Below, in pieces: positions 1 through 14,000 of a stretch of DNA of 64,000 nucleotides. Position 1 is the stretch's first letter, and each line of letters begins with the position of its first letter. Origin of the DNA: Rebecca billardiae RCC1528. Taxonomy: Eukaryota; Protista; Haptophyta. The translations under genes were made by a program, and so were the position numbers. The notes under the pieces were generated by a model. It ran no database searches, was not told the origin of the DNA, and saw only the letters and a list, made by a program, of their open reading frames with translations. Location: contig OZ251223.1 in the NCBI GenBank assembly GCA_965240325.2, forward strand, positions 2,108,001 to 2,172,000, given 5' to 3'.

Positions 1-39
1 GTGCCCTGCGCCCTGCTGCGCTCCCACCCCGCCCCGCAG

Positions 40-3000
40 CGACCTCGACGCGAGCGGCCTAACGGGCACCATCCCGACAACGATTGGACATATGAGTGCT
101 CTCACCGCGCTGTGCGCGCACCGCGCGTGCGTGCGCGCATCGCGGAGCGCACTGCGGAGGGCACCATGGACGCGTGGGGCTGATCCGCGCTCGCGCCACG
201 CGACGCGACGCGCGGCAGGCGGCTGCACAACAACACGCTCAGCGGCACGCTGCCCACGGAGATCGGCCTCGCCACGCGGCTCGAGCTGCTGTGAGCGCGC
301 GCGTGCACGCGGCGGGATGCGCGCTGGCGCGCTGGCGCGGGAGCGCTCGGACCTCACAGCCGCGTACCGCCTCTTCCCGTGCGCGCGCGTAGGGAACTAT
401 ACGCCAACGCCCTGACCGGCTTCGTACCCTCCGAGCTCGGGCTGCTGACCGCACTCACCGCCCTGTGAGCGCGCACGCGTGCGGCGGCATGCGCGCCGCG
501 CGACGCCGCCTCCGCGCGCCCGGCGGTTGGCAGTGGGGTGCTCCTGCACGCCGCGCAGCGCGGCGGGCTCACCGCGCGCGCGCGCGCGCGCCGCCCCGCC
601 GCCCTCCTCCTCGTGCAGGCGGATGAGCGACACGCAGCTCTCGGGCGTGCTGCCAGCGGCTGTGCTGGCCCTCCCCAGCCTCAGCACCAAGTGCGTTGCA
701 CGGCGCGCGCGCCCCTCCGCCCGCGCGCCCCTCCGCCGCCGCCACCGCCCAGCCGCGCTGACGCCCGCGCGCTCTGCGCTTCTCCGCGTGCACACACACA
801 CCGCGCGCGCGCGCGCGCAGCGACTGGGCGCGGACGGCACTCTGCGGTGGGACCGTCACCTTTGCGGCGACCGGGACGTACACATTCGACGACTGCAGCC
901 CGCCCAGCCCGCCGCCCTCGCCGCCGCCGAGCCCGCCGCCGAGCCCGCCGCCGAGCCCGCCGCCCTCGCCGCCGCCGCCACTACCGCCGCCGAGCCCGCC
1001 GCCATCGCCGCCGCCGCCACTACCGCCGCCGAGCCCGCCGCCCTCGCCGCCGCCCTCGCCGCCGCCCTCGCCGCCGCCCTCGCCGCCACCACCGTCGCCG
1101 CCACCCAGCCCTCCGCCCTCGCCGCCACCACCGTCGCCGCCACCCAGCCCGCCGCCCTCGCCGCCGCCGCCCTCGCCGCCGCCGAACCCGCCGCCCTCGC
1201 CACCGCCGCCGGGGCCGCCGCCGCGGCCGCCACCGAGCCCGCCGCCGCCGAGCCCGCCGCCGAGCCCGCCGCCGCCGAGCCCGCCCCCCTCGCCGCCGCC
1301 AGCTCCGCCGCCGCCGACCCCGCCGCCGAGCCCACCGCCCTCGCCACCGCCGCCCTCGCCGCCGCCCTTGCCGCCGCCGAGCCCTCCGCCTGCGCCGCCG
1401 CCGAGCCCGCCGCCGCCCTCGCCGCCGCCGAGCCCGCCGCCCTCGCCGCCGCCGCCGGCGCCACCGCCCAGCCCGCCGCCCAGCCCGCCGCCGCCGGCGC
1501 CACCGCCCTCGCCGCCTCCCAGTCCGCCGCCGCCCGTGCCGCCGCCGAGCCCGCCGCCGAGCCCGCCACCGTCGCCGCCGCCGTCAGCGCCGCCGAGCCC
1601 GCCGCCCAGCCCGCCGCCGTCGCCGCCGCCGTCGCCGCCGCCCAGCCCGCCACCGCCGCGCCCGCCGCCCTCGCCGCCGCCCAGCCCGCCGCCGCCGGCG
1701 CCGCCGCCCAGCCCGCCGCCCAGCCCGCCGCCCTCGCCGCCACCCGCGCCTCCGCCCAGCCCGCCGCCGCCCTCGCCGCCGCCCGCGCCGCCACCGAGCC
1801 CGCCGCCACCCTTGCCGCCACCGAGCCCGCCGCCACCTGTGCCGCCCCCGTCGCCACCGCCGAGCCCGCCGCCACCGGCTCCCCCGCCGGCCCCACCGCC
1901 CAGCCCGCCGCCGCCCTCGCCACCGCCCAGCCCACCGCCGAGCCCGCCACCGCCAGGCGACCCGCCGCATCCGCCGCCTCCGCCCAGCCCGCCTCCCAGC
2001 CCGCCGCCCAGCCCGCCGCCCAGCCCGCCACCGGGCCCGCCGCCATCGCCGCCGCCCAGCCCGCCGCCCAGCCCGCCGCCCAGCCCGCCGCCCTCGCCGC
2101 CGCCCAGCCCACCGCCGCCCAGCCCGCCGCCCAGCCCGCCGCCCTCGCCGCCACCCTCGCCGCCACCCAGCCCGCCGCCCTCGCCGCCGCCCTCGCCTCC
2201 GCCAAGCCCACCGCCGAGCCCGCCGCCGCCCACCCCGCCGCCGTCGCCACCGCCGAGCCCGCCGCCGAGCCCGCCGCCGCCCGCGCCGCCACCGAGCCCG
2301 CCGCCGAGCCCACCGCCCTCGCCGCCGCCCTCGCCGCCACCCAGCCCGCCGCCGAGCCCGCCGCCGTCTCCGCCGCCCTCGCCGCCGCCGAGCCCGCCGC
2401 CGAGCCCGCCGCCCTCGCCGCCACCGAGCCCGCCGCCGCCCTCGCCGCCGCCGAGCCCGCCGCCCTTGCCGCCGCCCTCGCCGCCGCCCTCGCCGCCGCC
2501 TTCGCCGCCGCCTTCGCCGCCGCCTTCGCCGCCGCCGAGCCCGCCGCCCTCGCCACCGCCAAGCCCGCCATCACCTCCGCCCAACAACCCACCGCCCAGC
2601 CCGCCGCCCTCGCCGCCGCCCTCGCCGCCGCCCTCGCCACCGCCCAGCCCACCGCCGTCCCCGCCGCCCAGCCCGCCGCCCAGCCCACCTCCGAGCCCGC
2701 CGCCCTCGCCACCGCCGCCCTCGCCGCCGCCCTCGCCGCCGCCCAGCCCGCCGCCCAGCCCACCGCCCAGCCCGCCGCCCGGTCCACCACCCTCGCCGCC
2801 GCCGAGCCCTCCGCCCTCGCCGCCGCCCTCGCCGCCGCCCTCGCCGCCGCCGCCCTCGCCGCCGCCTTCGCCACCACCGAGCCCGCCGCCGAGCCCACCG
2901 CCGAGCCCGCCGCCGTCGCCGCCACCAAGCCCGCCGCCGAGCCCGCCGCCCTCGCCGCCGCCCTCGCCGCCGCCGAGCCCGCCGCCCTCGCCGCCGCCCT

Positions 3001-6000
3001 CGCCACCGCCCTCGCCGCCACCACCGTCGCCGCCACCCCGCCCACCGCCCGCGCCGCCGCCGAGCCCACCGCCCGCGCCGCCGCCCTCACCGCCGCCCTC
3101 GCCACCGCCCTCACCGCCACCGCCCTCGCCGCCTCCTTCGCCACCACCGAGCCCGCCACCGAGCCCGCCGCCGAGCCCGCCGCCCTCGCCGCCACCGAGC
3201 CCGCCGCCGAGCCCTCCGCCCTCGCCGCCGCCGAGCCCGCCACCGAGCCCGCCGCCGCCGAGCCCTCCGCCCTCGCCCCCGCCCAGTCCACCACCCTCTC
3301 CGCCGCCGAGCCCGCCACCCTCGCCCCCGCCCAGTCCACCACCCTCTCCGCCGCCGAGCCCGCCACCCTCGCCCCCGCCCAGTCCACCACCCTCTCCGCC
3401 GCCGAGCCCGCCACCCTCGCCACCGCCCTCGCCGCCGCCGCCGAGCCCGCCGCCGAGCCCGCCGCCCTCACCACCGCCGAGCCCGCCGCCAAGCCCGCCA
3501 CCCTCTCCGCCGCCAAGCCCACCGCCTTCGCCTCCGCCACCGAGCCCGCCGCCCTCGCCGCCGCCCGCGCCACCGCCCTCGCCGCCGCCCTCGCCGCCGC
3601 CCTCGCCGCCGCCCTCGCCGCCGCCGAGCCCTCCGCCACCCTCGCCGCCGCCGTCGCCGCCGCCGTCGCCGCCGCCGAGCCCGCCGCCGAGCCCGCCGCC
3701 GAGCCCGCCGCCTTCACCTCCGCCGAGCCCGCCACCCTCGCCGCCGCCGAGCCCGCCACCCTCGCCGCCGCCATCGCCACCGCCGCCCTCGCCGCCGCCA
3801 AGCCCACCGCCCTTGCCACCGCCCTCGCCGCCGCCCTCGCCGCCGCCGTCGCCGCCGCCGAGCCCGCCGCCAAGCCCGCCGCCCTCGCCACCACCCAGCC
3901 CGCCGCCGAGCCCGCCGCCAAGCCCGCCGCCATCGCCACCGCCGCGCCCGCCGCCGAGCCCGCCGCCTAGCCCGCCACCGCCGAGCCCTCCGCCCTCGCC
4001 ACCGCCAAGCCCGCCGCCATCACCGCCGCCGTCACCGCCGCCGTCACCGCCGCCGTCACCGCCGCCGTCGCCACCGCCAAGCCCACCGCCAAGCCCGCCA
4101 CCAAGCCCACCGCCTTCGCCACCGCCGCCGAGCCCGCCGCCATCGCCGCCGCCGAGCCCGCCGCCGAGCCCGCCGCCAAGCCCGCCGCCTCCAAGCCCGC
4201 CGCCCAGCCCGCCGCCCTCGCCACCGCCGAGCCCGCCACCGAGCCCGCCGCCCTCGCCGCCGCCGAGCCCGCCGCCCTCGCCACCTCCGAGTCCACCGCC
4301 ATCGCCACCGCCGAGTCCGCCACCGAGCCCGCCGCCGTCACCACCGCCTCCTTCGCCGCCGCCGAGCCCGCCACCAAGCCCGCCACCAGTGCCACCGCCG
4401 AGCCCGCCGCCGAGCCCACCACCCTCGCCACCGCCATCGCCGCCCCCAAGCCCACCGCCCTCGCCGCCGCCCAGTCCTCCGCCCTCGCCGCCACCGAGCC
4501 CGCCGCCCTCGCCGCCGCCATCGCCGCCGCCATCACCGCCGCCATCCCCACCGCCGCCGCTCCCGCCGCCGTCGCCGCCACCGAGCCCGCCGCCCTCGCC
4601 GCCGCCGAGCCCGCCGCCGTCGCCGCCGCCGAGCCCGCCGCCGAGCCCGCCGCCAAGCCCGCCGCCGAGCCCGCCCCCGAGCCCGCCGCCCTCGCCACCG
4701 CCAAGTCCACCGCCGCCGAGCCCGCCGCCATCGCCACCGCCGAGCCCGCCGCCGAGCCCGCCGCCCAGCCCACCACCATCGCCACCGCCGAGCCCGCCGC
4801 CCTCGCCGCCGCCCAGTCCGCCACCCAGCCCGCCGCCCAGCCCACCGCCCAGCCCGCCACCCTCGCCACCGCCCCCATCGCCGCCGCCAAGCCCGCCGCC
4901 ATCGCCACCACCGTCGCCTCCGCCGAGCCCTCCGCCGAGCCCGCCTCCCTCGCCGCCACCGTCGCCGCCGCCCTCGCCGCCGCCCTCGCCGCCCCCCTCG
5001 CCGCCCCCCTCGCCGCCGCCGAGCCCGCCGCCGCCGAGCCCGCCGCCGTCGCCACCGCCGAGCCCGCCGCCGAGCCCGCCGCCGAGCCCGCCGCCGTCGC
5101 CGCCGCCGAGCCCGCCGCCGTCGCCGCCTCCGAGTCCACCGCCGCCCAGCCCGCCGCCCAGCCCGCCGCCCAGCCCGCCGCCCAGCCCGCCGCCCAGCCC
5201 GCCGCCGAGCCCGCCGCCGTCGCCTCCACCCTCGCCGCCGCCCAGTCCGCCGCCGAGCCCACCGCCAAGCCCACCGCCCAGCCCGCCGCCCTCGCCGCCA
5301 CCACCCAGCCCGCCACCCAGCCCACCACCCAGCCCGCCGCCTTCGCCGCCGCCGAGCCCGCCCCCCTCGCCGCCGCCGAGCCCGCCGCCCTCACCACCAC
5401 CTAGCCCGCCCCCGCCTAGCCCGCCGCCGAGCCCACCGCCATCGCCGCCGCCCAGTCCGCCGCCGTCGCCACCGCCGAGCCCGCCGCCGAGCCCGCCGCC
5501 GAGCCCGCCGCCCTCGCCACCGCCCTCGCCGCCACCCAGCCCGCCGCCCAGCCCGCCGCCAGGCCCGCCGCCCTCACCGCCGCCGTCGCCGCCGCCGTCG
5601 CCGCCGCCCTCACCGCCGCCCTCACCGCCGCCGAGCCCGCCGCCAAGTCCACCGCCGAGCCCGCCGCCGTCGCCGCCGCCGTCGCCGCCACCGAGCCCGC
5701 CGCCGCCAAGCCCGCCGCCTTCGCCGCCGCCCAGCCCGCCGCCGTCCCCGCCGCCGAGCCCACCGCCGAGCCCACCGCCCTCGCCGCCACCGAGTCCGCC
5801 GCCGAGTCCGCCACCGCCAAGCCCGCCGCCCAGCCCGCCGCCCAGCCCGCCGCCCTCGCCGCCTCCATCACCGCCGCCGCCATCGCCGCCGCCATCGCCG
5901 CCGCCAAGCCCGCCGCCTTCGCCACCGCCAAGCCCGCCGCCCAGCCCGCCGCCCAGCCCGCCGCCCAGCCCGCCGCCCTCTCCACCGCCCAACCCGCCGC

Positions 6001-9000
6001 CAAGCCCGCCGCCAAGCCCGCCGCCAAGCCCGCCGCCAAGCCCGCCGCCTTCGCCGCCGCCGAGCCCTCCGCCGCGCCCACCGCCGTCGCCGCCGCCGAG
6101 CCCGCCCCCCCGCCCACCGCCGAGCCCGCCACCAAGCCCACCACCGAGCCCACCGCCCTCCCCGCCGCCCAGCCCGCCGCCCAGCCCGCCGCCATCGCCG
6201 CCGCCCAGTCCGCCGCCCTCTCCGCCGCCCTCTCCGCCGCCATCGCCGCCGCCCGGTCCGCCGCCCAGCCCACCGCCCAGCCCGCCCCCGTCGCCGCCGC
6301 CGTCGCCGCCGCCGTCACCACCACCCTCGCCGCCGCCCAGCCCGCCGCCCCGCCCGCCGCCCAGCCCGCCGCCGTCGCCGCCGCCATCGCCGCCGCCGTC
6401 GCCGCCGCCGAGCCCTCCGCCGTCGCCGCCCCCGAGCCCACCGCCGAGCCCACCGCCCAGCCCGCCGCCCAGCCCGCCGCCATCCCCGCCGCCGAGCCCA
6501 CCACCGTCGCCACCGCCGTCCCCGCCGCCCAGCCCGCCACCCAGTCCACCGCCCTCGCCACCGCCCTCCCCACCGCCCAGCCCGCCACCCAGCCCACCGC
6601 CGTCGCCGCCGCCGAGCCCGCCGCCGTCGCCGCCGCCGAGCCCGCCGCCAAGCCCGCCCCCCTCGCCGCCGCCCTCCCCGCCGCCGAGCCCTCCGCCCAG
6701 CCCGCCGCCGAGCCCGCCACCGAGTCCACCGCCGTCGCCTCCCCCTAGCCCGCCGCCCAGCCCGCCGCCCAGCCCACCGCCATCGCCGCCGCCGAGCCCG
6801 CCGCCGTCGCCGCCGCCGAGCCCGCCGCCATCGCCACCGCCGAGCCCCCCGCCCAGCCCGCCGCCGAGCCCACCGCCTTCGCCGCCGCCGAGCCCGCCGC
6901 CGAGCCCGCCGCCATCGCCTCCGCCGAGCCCGCCACCATCGCCGCCACCGTCGCCGCCGCCGAGTCCGCCGCCGTCGCCGCCGCCGAGTCCGCCTCCCAG
7001 CCCGCCACCCAGCCCGCCGCCGTCGCCACCGCCGAGCCCACCGCCCAGCCCGCCACCTTCGCCGCCGCCCAGCCCGCCGCCTTCGCCGCCGCCGAGCCCA
7101 CCGCCGTCGCCACCCCCGAGCCCCCCGCCCAGCCCACCGCCCAGCCCACCGCCCAGCCCGCCACCAAGCCCGCCACCATCGCCGCCGCCGAGCCCACCGC
7201 CCTCGCCGCCGCCGAGCCCGCCGCCATCGCCACCTCCGTCGCCGCCGCCGAGCCCGCCGCCGAGCCCGCCACCCTCACCGCCGCCGAGCCCGCCCCCAAG
7301 CCCGCCGCCCAGCCCACCGCCGAGCCCACCGCCGTCGCCCCCGCCGTCGCCACCGCCAAGCCCCCCGCCCTCGCCGCCGCCCTCGCCACCGCCCAGCCCG
7401 CCGCCCTCGCCGCCGCCGAGCCCACCGCCGTCGCCACCCCCGTCTCCGCCGCCGAGCCCGCCCCCGAGTCCACCACCCTCGCCGCCACCGAGCCCGCCGC
7501 CATCGCCGCCGCCCAGCCCGCCACCTTCGCCGCCGCCGAGCCCGCCGCCATCGCCGCCTCCGTCGCCGCCGCCCAGCCCGCCGCCAAGCCCGCCACCCTC
7601 ACCGCCACCGAGCCCGCCGCCGAGCCCGCCGCCGAGCCCGCCACCGTCGCCGCCGCCGAGCCCGCCACCATCGCCGCCGCCGAGCCCGCCGCCATCGCCG
7701 CCGCCGAGCCCACCCCCAAGCCCGCCGCCGAGCCCGCCGCCATCGCCACCGCCGTCGCCGCCGCCGAGCCCGCCACCAAGCCCGCCACCCTCACCGCCGC
7801 CAAGCCCGCCCCCAAGCCCGCCGCCAAGCCCACCGCCGAGCCCACCGCCGTCGCCCCCGCCTAGCCCACCGCCAAGCCCCCCGCCCTCGCCGCCGCCAAG
7901 CCCGCCGCCCTCGCCGCCACCGAGCCCGCCTCCGAGTCCGCCGCCGAGCCCGCCACCGTCGCCGCCGCCGAGCCCGCCACCGTCGCCGCCTCCGTCGCCG
8001 CCGCCGAGCCCACCGCCGAGCCCACCGCCGTCGCCCCCGCCCAGCCCACCGCCAAGCCCGCCGCCCTCGCCGCCACCCAGCCCGCCGCCCTCGCCGCCGC
8101 CGAGCCCGCCGCCGAGTCCACCGCCGTCGCCGCCGCCGTCGCCGCCACCCAGTCCACCGCCCTCGCCGCCACCGAGCCCGCCGCCATCGCCGCCGCCCAG
8201 CCCGCCACCGTCGCCACCTCCGAGCCCACCGCCATCGCCGCCTCCGTCGCCACCGCCCAGCCCGCCGCCAAGCCCGCCACCCTCACCGCCACCGAGCCCG
8301 CCGCCGAGCCCGCCGCCGAGCCCGCCACCGTCGCCGCCGCCGAGCCCGCCACCATCGCCGCCGCCGAGCCCGCCGCCATCGCCGCCTCCGTCGCCGCCGC
8401 CGAGCCCACCGCCGAGCCCGCCACCCTCACCGCCGCCGAGCCCGCCTCCAAGCCCGCCCCCAAGCCCACCGCCAAGCCCACCGCCATCGCCACCGCCGTC
8501 GCCACCGCCAAGCCCCCCGCCCTCGCCGCCGCCCTCGCCGCCGCCAAGCCCGCCGCCGAGCCCACCGCCGAGCCCGCCGCCCGCGCCGCCGCCGTCACCG
8601 CCGCCGTCCCCGCCACCCTCGCCACCGCCGAGCCCGCCCCCGAGCCCACCGCCAAGCCCACCGCCAAGCCCGCCGCCGAGCCCGCCGCCCAGTCCGCCGC
8701 CCTCGCCGCCGCCCAGCCCTCCGCCCTCGCCGCCGCCCAGCCCTCCGCCCTCGCCGCCGCCCTCGCCGCCACCGAGCCCGCCTCCGAGCCCGCCGCCAAG
8801 CCCGCCGCCCGCGCCGCCACCATCGCCGCCGCCATCGCCGCCGCCATCACCGCCGCCCAGCCCGCCTCCTTCGCCACCGCCGAGCCCGCCTCCATCGCCC
8901 CCACCCTCGCCGCCGCCGAGCCCGCCGCCCTCACCACCGCCGAGCCCGCCACCGTCGCCGCCGCCATCGCCGCCGCCGAGCCCGCCGCCTTCGCCGCCGC

Positions 9001-10729
9001 CGTCGCCGCCGCCCTCGCCGCCGCCGAGCCCGCCACCTTCGCCGCCGCCCTCGCCGCCGCCCTCGCCGCCGCCCTCGCCGCCGCCGAGCCCGCCGCCGAG
9101 TCCGCCGCCCTCGCCGCCGCCGAGCCCGCCGCCCTCGCCGCCGCCCTCGCCGCCGCCCTCGCCGCCACCGAGCCCACCGCCCTCGCCGCCGCCCTCGCCG
9201 CCGCCCTCGCCGCCGCCGAGCCCGCCGCCCTCGCCGCCGCCCTCGCCGCCGCCGAGCCCGCCACCATCGCCGCCGCCCTCGCCGCCGCCGAGCCCGCCGC
9301 CCTCGCCGCCGCCGAGCCCGCCGCCGAGCCCACCGCCCTCGCCGCCGCCCTCGCCGCCGCCCTCGCCGCCGCCCTCGCCGCCGCCTTCGCCGCCGCCCTC
9401 GCCGCCGCCGACCCCGCCGCCGACCCCGCCGCCCTCGCCGCCGCCGAGCCCACCGCCGAGCGCGCCGAGCCCGCCGCCCTCGCCGCCGAGCCCGCCGCCC
9501 TCGCCGCCGCCGGGCCCGCCGCCCTCGCCGCCGCCGAGCCCGCCGCCCTCGCCGCCGCCGAGCCCGCCGCCTCCGCCCTCGTCGCCTCCGCCCAGTCGGC
9601 CGCCGCCGGCCCTGCCGCCGGCCGCGCCGTCTGCGCCGCCGACGCCGCCGTCGGCGCCGCCCACACCACCGCCGCCGCCGCGCACGATGCCCTTCCCGCC
9701 GCCCGCGCCGCCGTCCGCGCCGCCGTCCGCGCCGCCGTCCGCGCCGCCGCCGCCGCCGCCGCCGGTGGTGCGTGCGCTCGTCCTGGGCTCGAGCCCCGAG
9801 TCGGTGGTGCTGCAGCCGCAGGCAGCACCGCTGTCGCTCGAAGGCCGTCGGCTCGCGTCCGACGCGCCGCAGCCGCAGCCGGCGCAGCTGCAGCTCAGCG
9901 GCCGCGGCTTTGCGAGTGCGCTCGAGCTGGGCGGCGGCGGCGGCGCGCGCTGCACGCTGCACGCGCCGGACGCATCAGACGCGGCCGTGGCGGCCCTCTC
10001 CGCGCCCGCGCTCGCCAGCCTCAACGGCTCGGTGTGGGGTGACGAGCTGGTGGCGTGCGATCTCGAGATTGCGCGCCTCCGCGCCCTCGGCGCCGGCTCG
10101 TTCAGCGTGGCGCTCTGGCTGGGCGGCGCGCCGGTGCCCGCGCTGTTTGGCGCGCCGCGGCTCGAGCTCGTCGACTTTGGCGCGTCGGTGGCGCTGTGGG
10201 AGCTGCAGCCGCCGCTCGGTCCGCGCAGCGGCGGCACGGCGATCACGCTGCGCGGGCGCGGCTTTGAGCGCGCCGCGGGCGGCGTCGGCGGCGCGCTCTG
10301 CTGCGTCGCGCCCTCGCTCTCGGCGGACGAGTGCCTCGCGCCCGCGGTCGTGCTGCGCCCGCTGAACGGCACGAGCCGTGCGCGCTGCGTCACGCCCGCG
10401 CTGCCCGCCGAGAGCGCGATCTCGTCGCTCGTGCTCGAGCTCGCCGTCGTGGCGGAGGGCGGCGGCGGCGGCGCGGGCGCGGCGCGCGCGGGCGCGCGCA
10501 CGGGCGCCGGGCTGCGCTTCGAGCTGTACGACGACGGCGCGCTCGCGCCCACGGCGCTCAGCCCGGCGGCGGGGCCGGCGCGCACGGCGGTCGTGGCGAG
10601 CGTGATCGGCGCGGGCGCGCTCCTCGGCGGCCCACTCGTGCGCGCGCGCTTTGGCGGCGCGCGGCCCGAGCCGCCGCTCGCGGCCGCGCCCTCCAGCGGG
10701 GTTCTGCTGCTGCGCGCGGCGTACGACGA

Positions 10730-10763
<34 letters not shown>

Positions 10764-11027
10764 GCGCGCCAGCTGTTCGTCTCGCTCAACGGGCAGCAGT
10801 GGAGCCCGCGCGACCCGCGCGGCAACGGCTCCGCGGCCGTGCCCGTCTTCTACACGTTCGAGCCAGCGCCGCACGCGCCCGCGCTCGAGCGCGCGCACTT
10901 CGACGCGGCGGGCGGCGCGTCGCTGCTGCTGCGCTTCGACGCGCAGCCGACCGACCGCGCGGGGATGGGCGGCGGCCTCGGGCCGTGCGCGCCGCTGCTC
11001 GACGACGAGACGCTCGCGCTCGTGCGC

Positions 11028-11058
<31 letters not shown>

Positions 11059-14000
11059 AGGCCGGGAGCGGCGGGCTCTCGTGCGGCTGGGCGGACGACA
11101 GCACACTGGCGGTGCGGCTGCCGCCGAGCACACGCGCCGCGCCCGGCATGCGCGTCGGCGTGCGCGCGGGCGCGGTGCGCCCCGCCGCGTGCGCGTGGGG
11201 CGGCTGTGCCGCCCCCGCCGCCGAGCTCGCCAACGAGGCCGCATCCGTCACCGTCGACCCCGACGCGCCGTGCGGCGACGCGCCGTGCCCGGCGCCCGTC
11301 GCGGTGCTGCGCGCGCCCGACGCGCTCTCGGCGTGCGCCAACGAGACGCTGGAGCTGGACGGCACCGCGTCGAGCGTGGGCGGCGCGGGCGCGCCGGCGT
11401 ACGCGTGGGGGCTGGACGGCAGCGCGTCCGAGGGCGACGCCGACGCGGCCGCGCTCGGCGCCGCGCTGCGCGCGCTGCCGCCCACCGCCGCCTCGGCGCG
11501 CGTGCGGGGTCTGCCCGCCGCCACGTCCGCGCGCGGCTACGTGGTGGCGCTCCGAGTCACGTCGTTCCTCGGCGTGCGCTCCGAGCTGGCGTGGGCGGAG
11601 GTGCGGCGCGCGCGCGCGCCCGCACCCACGCTCACGCTCGAGGGCGCGCCCGACGCGGCCGTCCGCGCGGACGCGCCCATCTCCTTGCGCGCGCGCGTGC
11701 GCCGGCTCGCGCCGTGCTGGCCCGATGCCGCGTCGGCGCGCGTCGTCTTTGAGTGGACGCTTGCGCGCGACGACGGCGGCGGCGGCGGCGCGGTCGCGCT
11801 GGGCGAGTGGGCGCGCGGCGCGGCGCTCGAGCTGCCGGCACACGCGCTCGCGCCCGGCGCGTCGTACAGCCTCGGCGTGCTCGCGCGCATGGCCGCCGAG
11901 CCGCGCGCGCTCGCGCGCGCGTCGGCGCGCCTCAGCGTGCGGCGCGCCTCTCTCGTTGCTCGGCTGAGCGCAGATGCGGCGCGCGCGCCGACGTCGCAGC
12001 CGCTCACGCTCGACGCGCGCGGCTCGTTCGACCCGGCGGACGCGCGCGGCGTGGCCGCGCTCGAGTTCGCGTGGGCGCTGTCCAACAGCTCCTCGGGCGA
12101 GGCCGTGCCGATGCCGGCCAACGCGAGCACGCCGTCGCGCGGCACGCTCACGCTGCCCGCCACCTCGCTGCCGGCCGGCGCGTACACTGTCACTGTCACG
12201 GTGCGCTCCGCGTCCGACGGCGCCGCCGCGGCGGCGAGCGCGGCGCTGTCGCTCGAGCTCGTCGAGAGCGCCGCGCCGCGCGTCAGCCTGCACCCGCTCG
12301 AGCTGCGCGCCGTCAACCCGACCTGGCAGACGAGCGCGGGCCGCCTCGTGCTGCGCGCGGCCGCGCCGCTTGACGTTGGCGCACACGAGTATGAGTGGAG
12401 TGCGCACCTGCAGGGCGCGGGCGGCGCGCTGCTGCCCGCGGGGCTCGCGCTGGACGACACGCTGCGCGTCACGCTCGGCGGCGCGCTCCGCCCCGCCCTC
12501 GCCTTCCGCTCGGGCGCGCTGCGCGCCGGCGCCACCTATCTCTTCAGCCTGGCCGTGCGCGAGCGCTCCGCGCCCGAGCGCGGCACGGCCGTCGCGTCCG
12601 TCGCCGTGACCGTGAACCGCCCGCCGTACGGCGGCGAGCTCGGCGTGCTCGGCGCGGACGGCGCGGACGCGCGCGTCTCCGAGCTCGGCGCCGAGCTCAC
12701 GCTGCGCGCCGCGCGCTGGGCGGACGACGGCCCGGACGAGCTGCCCCTCACCTTCGCCTTCGAGCACCGCCCCGCCAACGGCTCGCGCGCCGCGCCACTC
12801 GGCCCGCCGTCCGCCGAGGCGCCGTCGCTCGGCGGCGTGCTGCTGCCGCCGGGCGAGGGGCAGGTGGGCGTGGTGGTGCGCGACGCGTGGGGCGCGGCCG
12901 CGCGCGCGGCGGCGCGCGTGCTCGTGCGCACGCCGCCGCGCGAGCAGCTCACCGCCGCGGCGCTCGGCGCGCTGCTCGAGCGCGCGCGCCGAGCCCTCAA
13001 CGTTTCCGACACGGCGGGCGCGCTGCGGCTGGTCTCGGCGCTCGGCGCGCTCGACGACGCGGCCGCCGAGCCCGTGCCGGCGGCCGCGCTGCTGGGCGTG
13101 ACGCGCGACGCGGCCGCGCTCGCGCCGCGCACGCGCGACGCGCGCGCGCAGCAGGCCGCCGCGCTATCCGCGGTCGCGGGCGCGCGCGCCGGCCGCGCGC
13201 TCGACAACGACGGCGACGCGCAGGCGGAGGCCATGCGCCAGGCGGCCGAGCTCGCGGCGGAGGCGCGCGGCGCGGGGGAGGGCGTGGACGCCGAGAGCGC
13301 GGCCGCGCTGCTCGCCGCCGCCGACGCCGCCCTCCTCGCCAACGCCACCTCGGGCGTGCGCCCCGAGCACGCCGCCGCGCTCGGCGCGTCGGCGGCGCGC
13401 CTGGGCTCCGAGCTCGCGCGCGCGCTGCTCGCGGGCTCGAGCGCGGACGAGCCCTCCGTGCAGCTGCGCGGCGCCGCGATCTCGCTCACCGCGGCGCGCG
13501 TGCGCGCGGACACGCTCGGCGCCGCGGCGGACGGCTCCTCCGGCAGCGCCGCCGGCTGGATCGCCCTCGGCGCCGACGGCGCGCAGGGCGGCGCCGCGCA
13601 GCAGACGCAGCAGGGCGGGGGCGGCATCCTCCTGCCGCCGTCCGCGCTCGGCGCGCAGCCGGCCGGCGCGCTCGGCTCGGAGGGGGACGTGGACGTGGTG
13701 CTCGCGTCGATCGCGGCGCGGCCGGCCGACGTGCACGCCGCGCTCGCGAACGGCACCGCGCTCGCGGGGCCGCGCATCGTGACCGCGATGCTCAGCGCGA
13801 CGCTGTACGCGCCGGGCGGCGGCGCGCTGCGCGTCGCGTCGCTCGACGAGCCGATCGTCCTCGGCCTGCCGCCCCTGCTGGGCGGCGCAGGCGGCGCGCT
13901 GCTCCTGCAGGAGCCGGGCGCGGGCGAGGCGGACTGGGTGGTGCAGTGCCGCTTCTGGGACGAGGCGGAGGCGCGCTGGTCCGCCCGGGGCTGCGCGAGC

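Noticed and set aside
538-10365. 3,275-aa Arg-rich and 1,163-aa Ala-rich alternative-frame ORFs
   Set aside because: Frame-shifted readings of CCG repeats. They run through the LRR introns and lack stops only because of composition.
569-10825. 3,418-aa Gly-rich (GGGL/GGGE) minus-strand ORF
   Set aside because: Antisense shadow of the SPPP repeat. It has no domains or signal peptide, while the + frame continues into REJ/GPS/TM.
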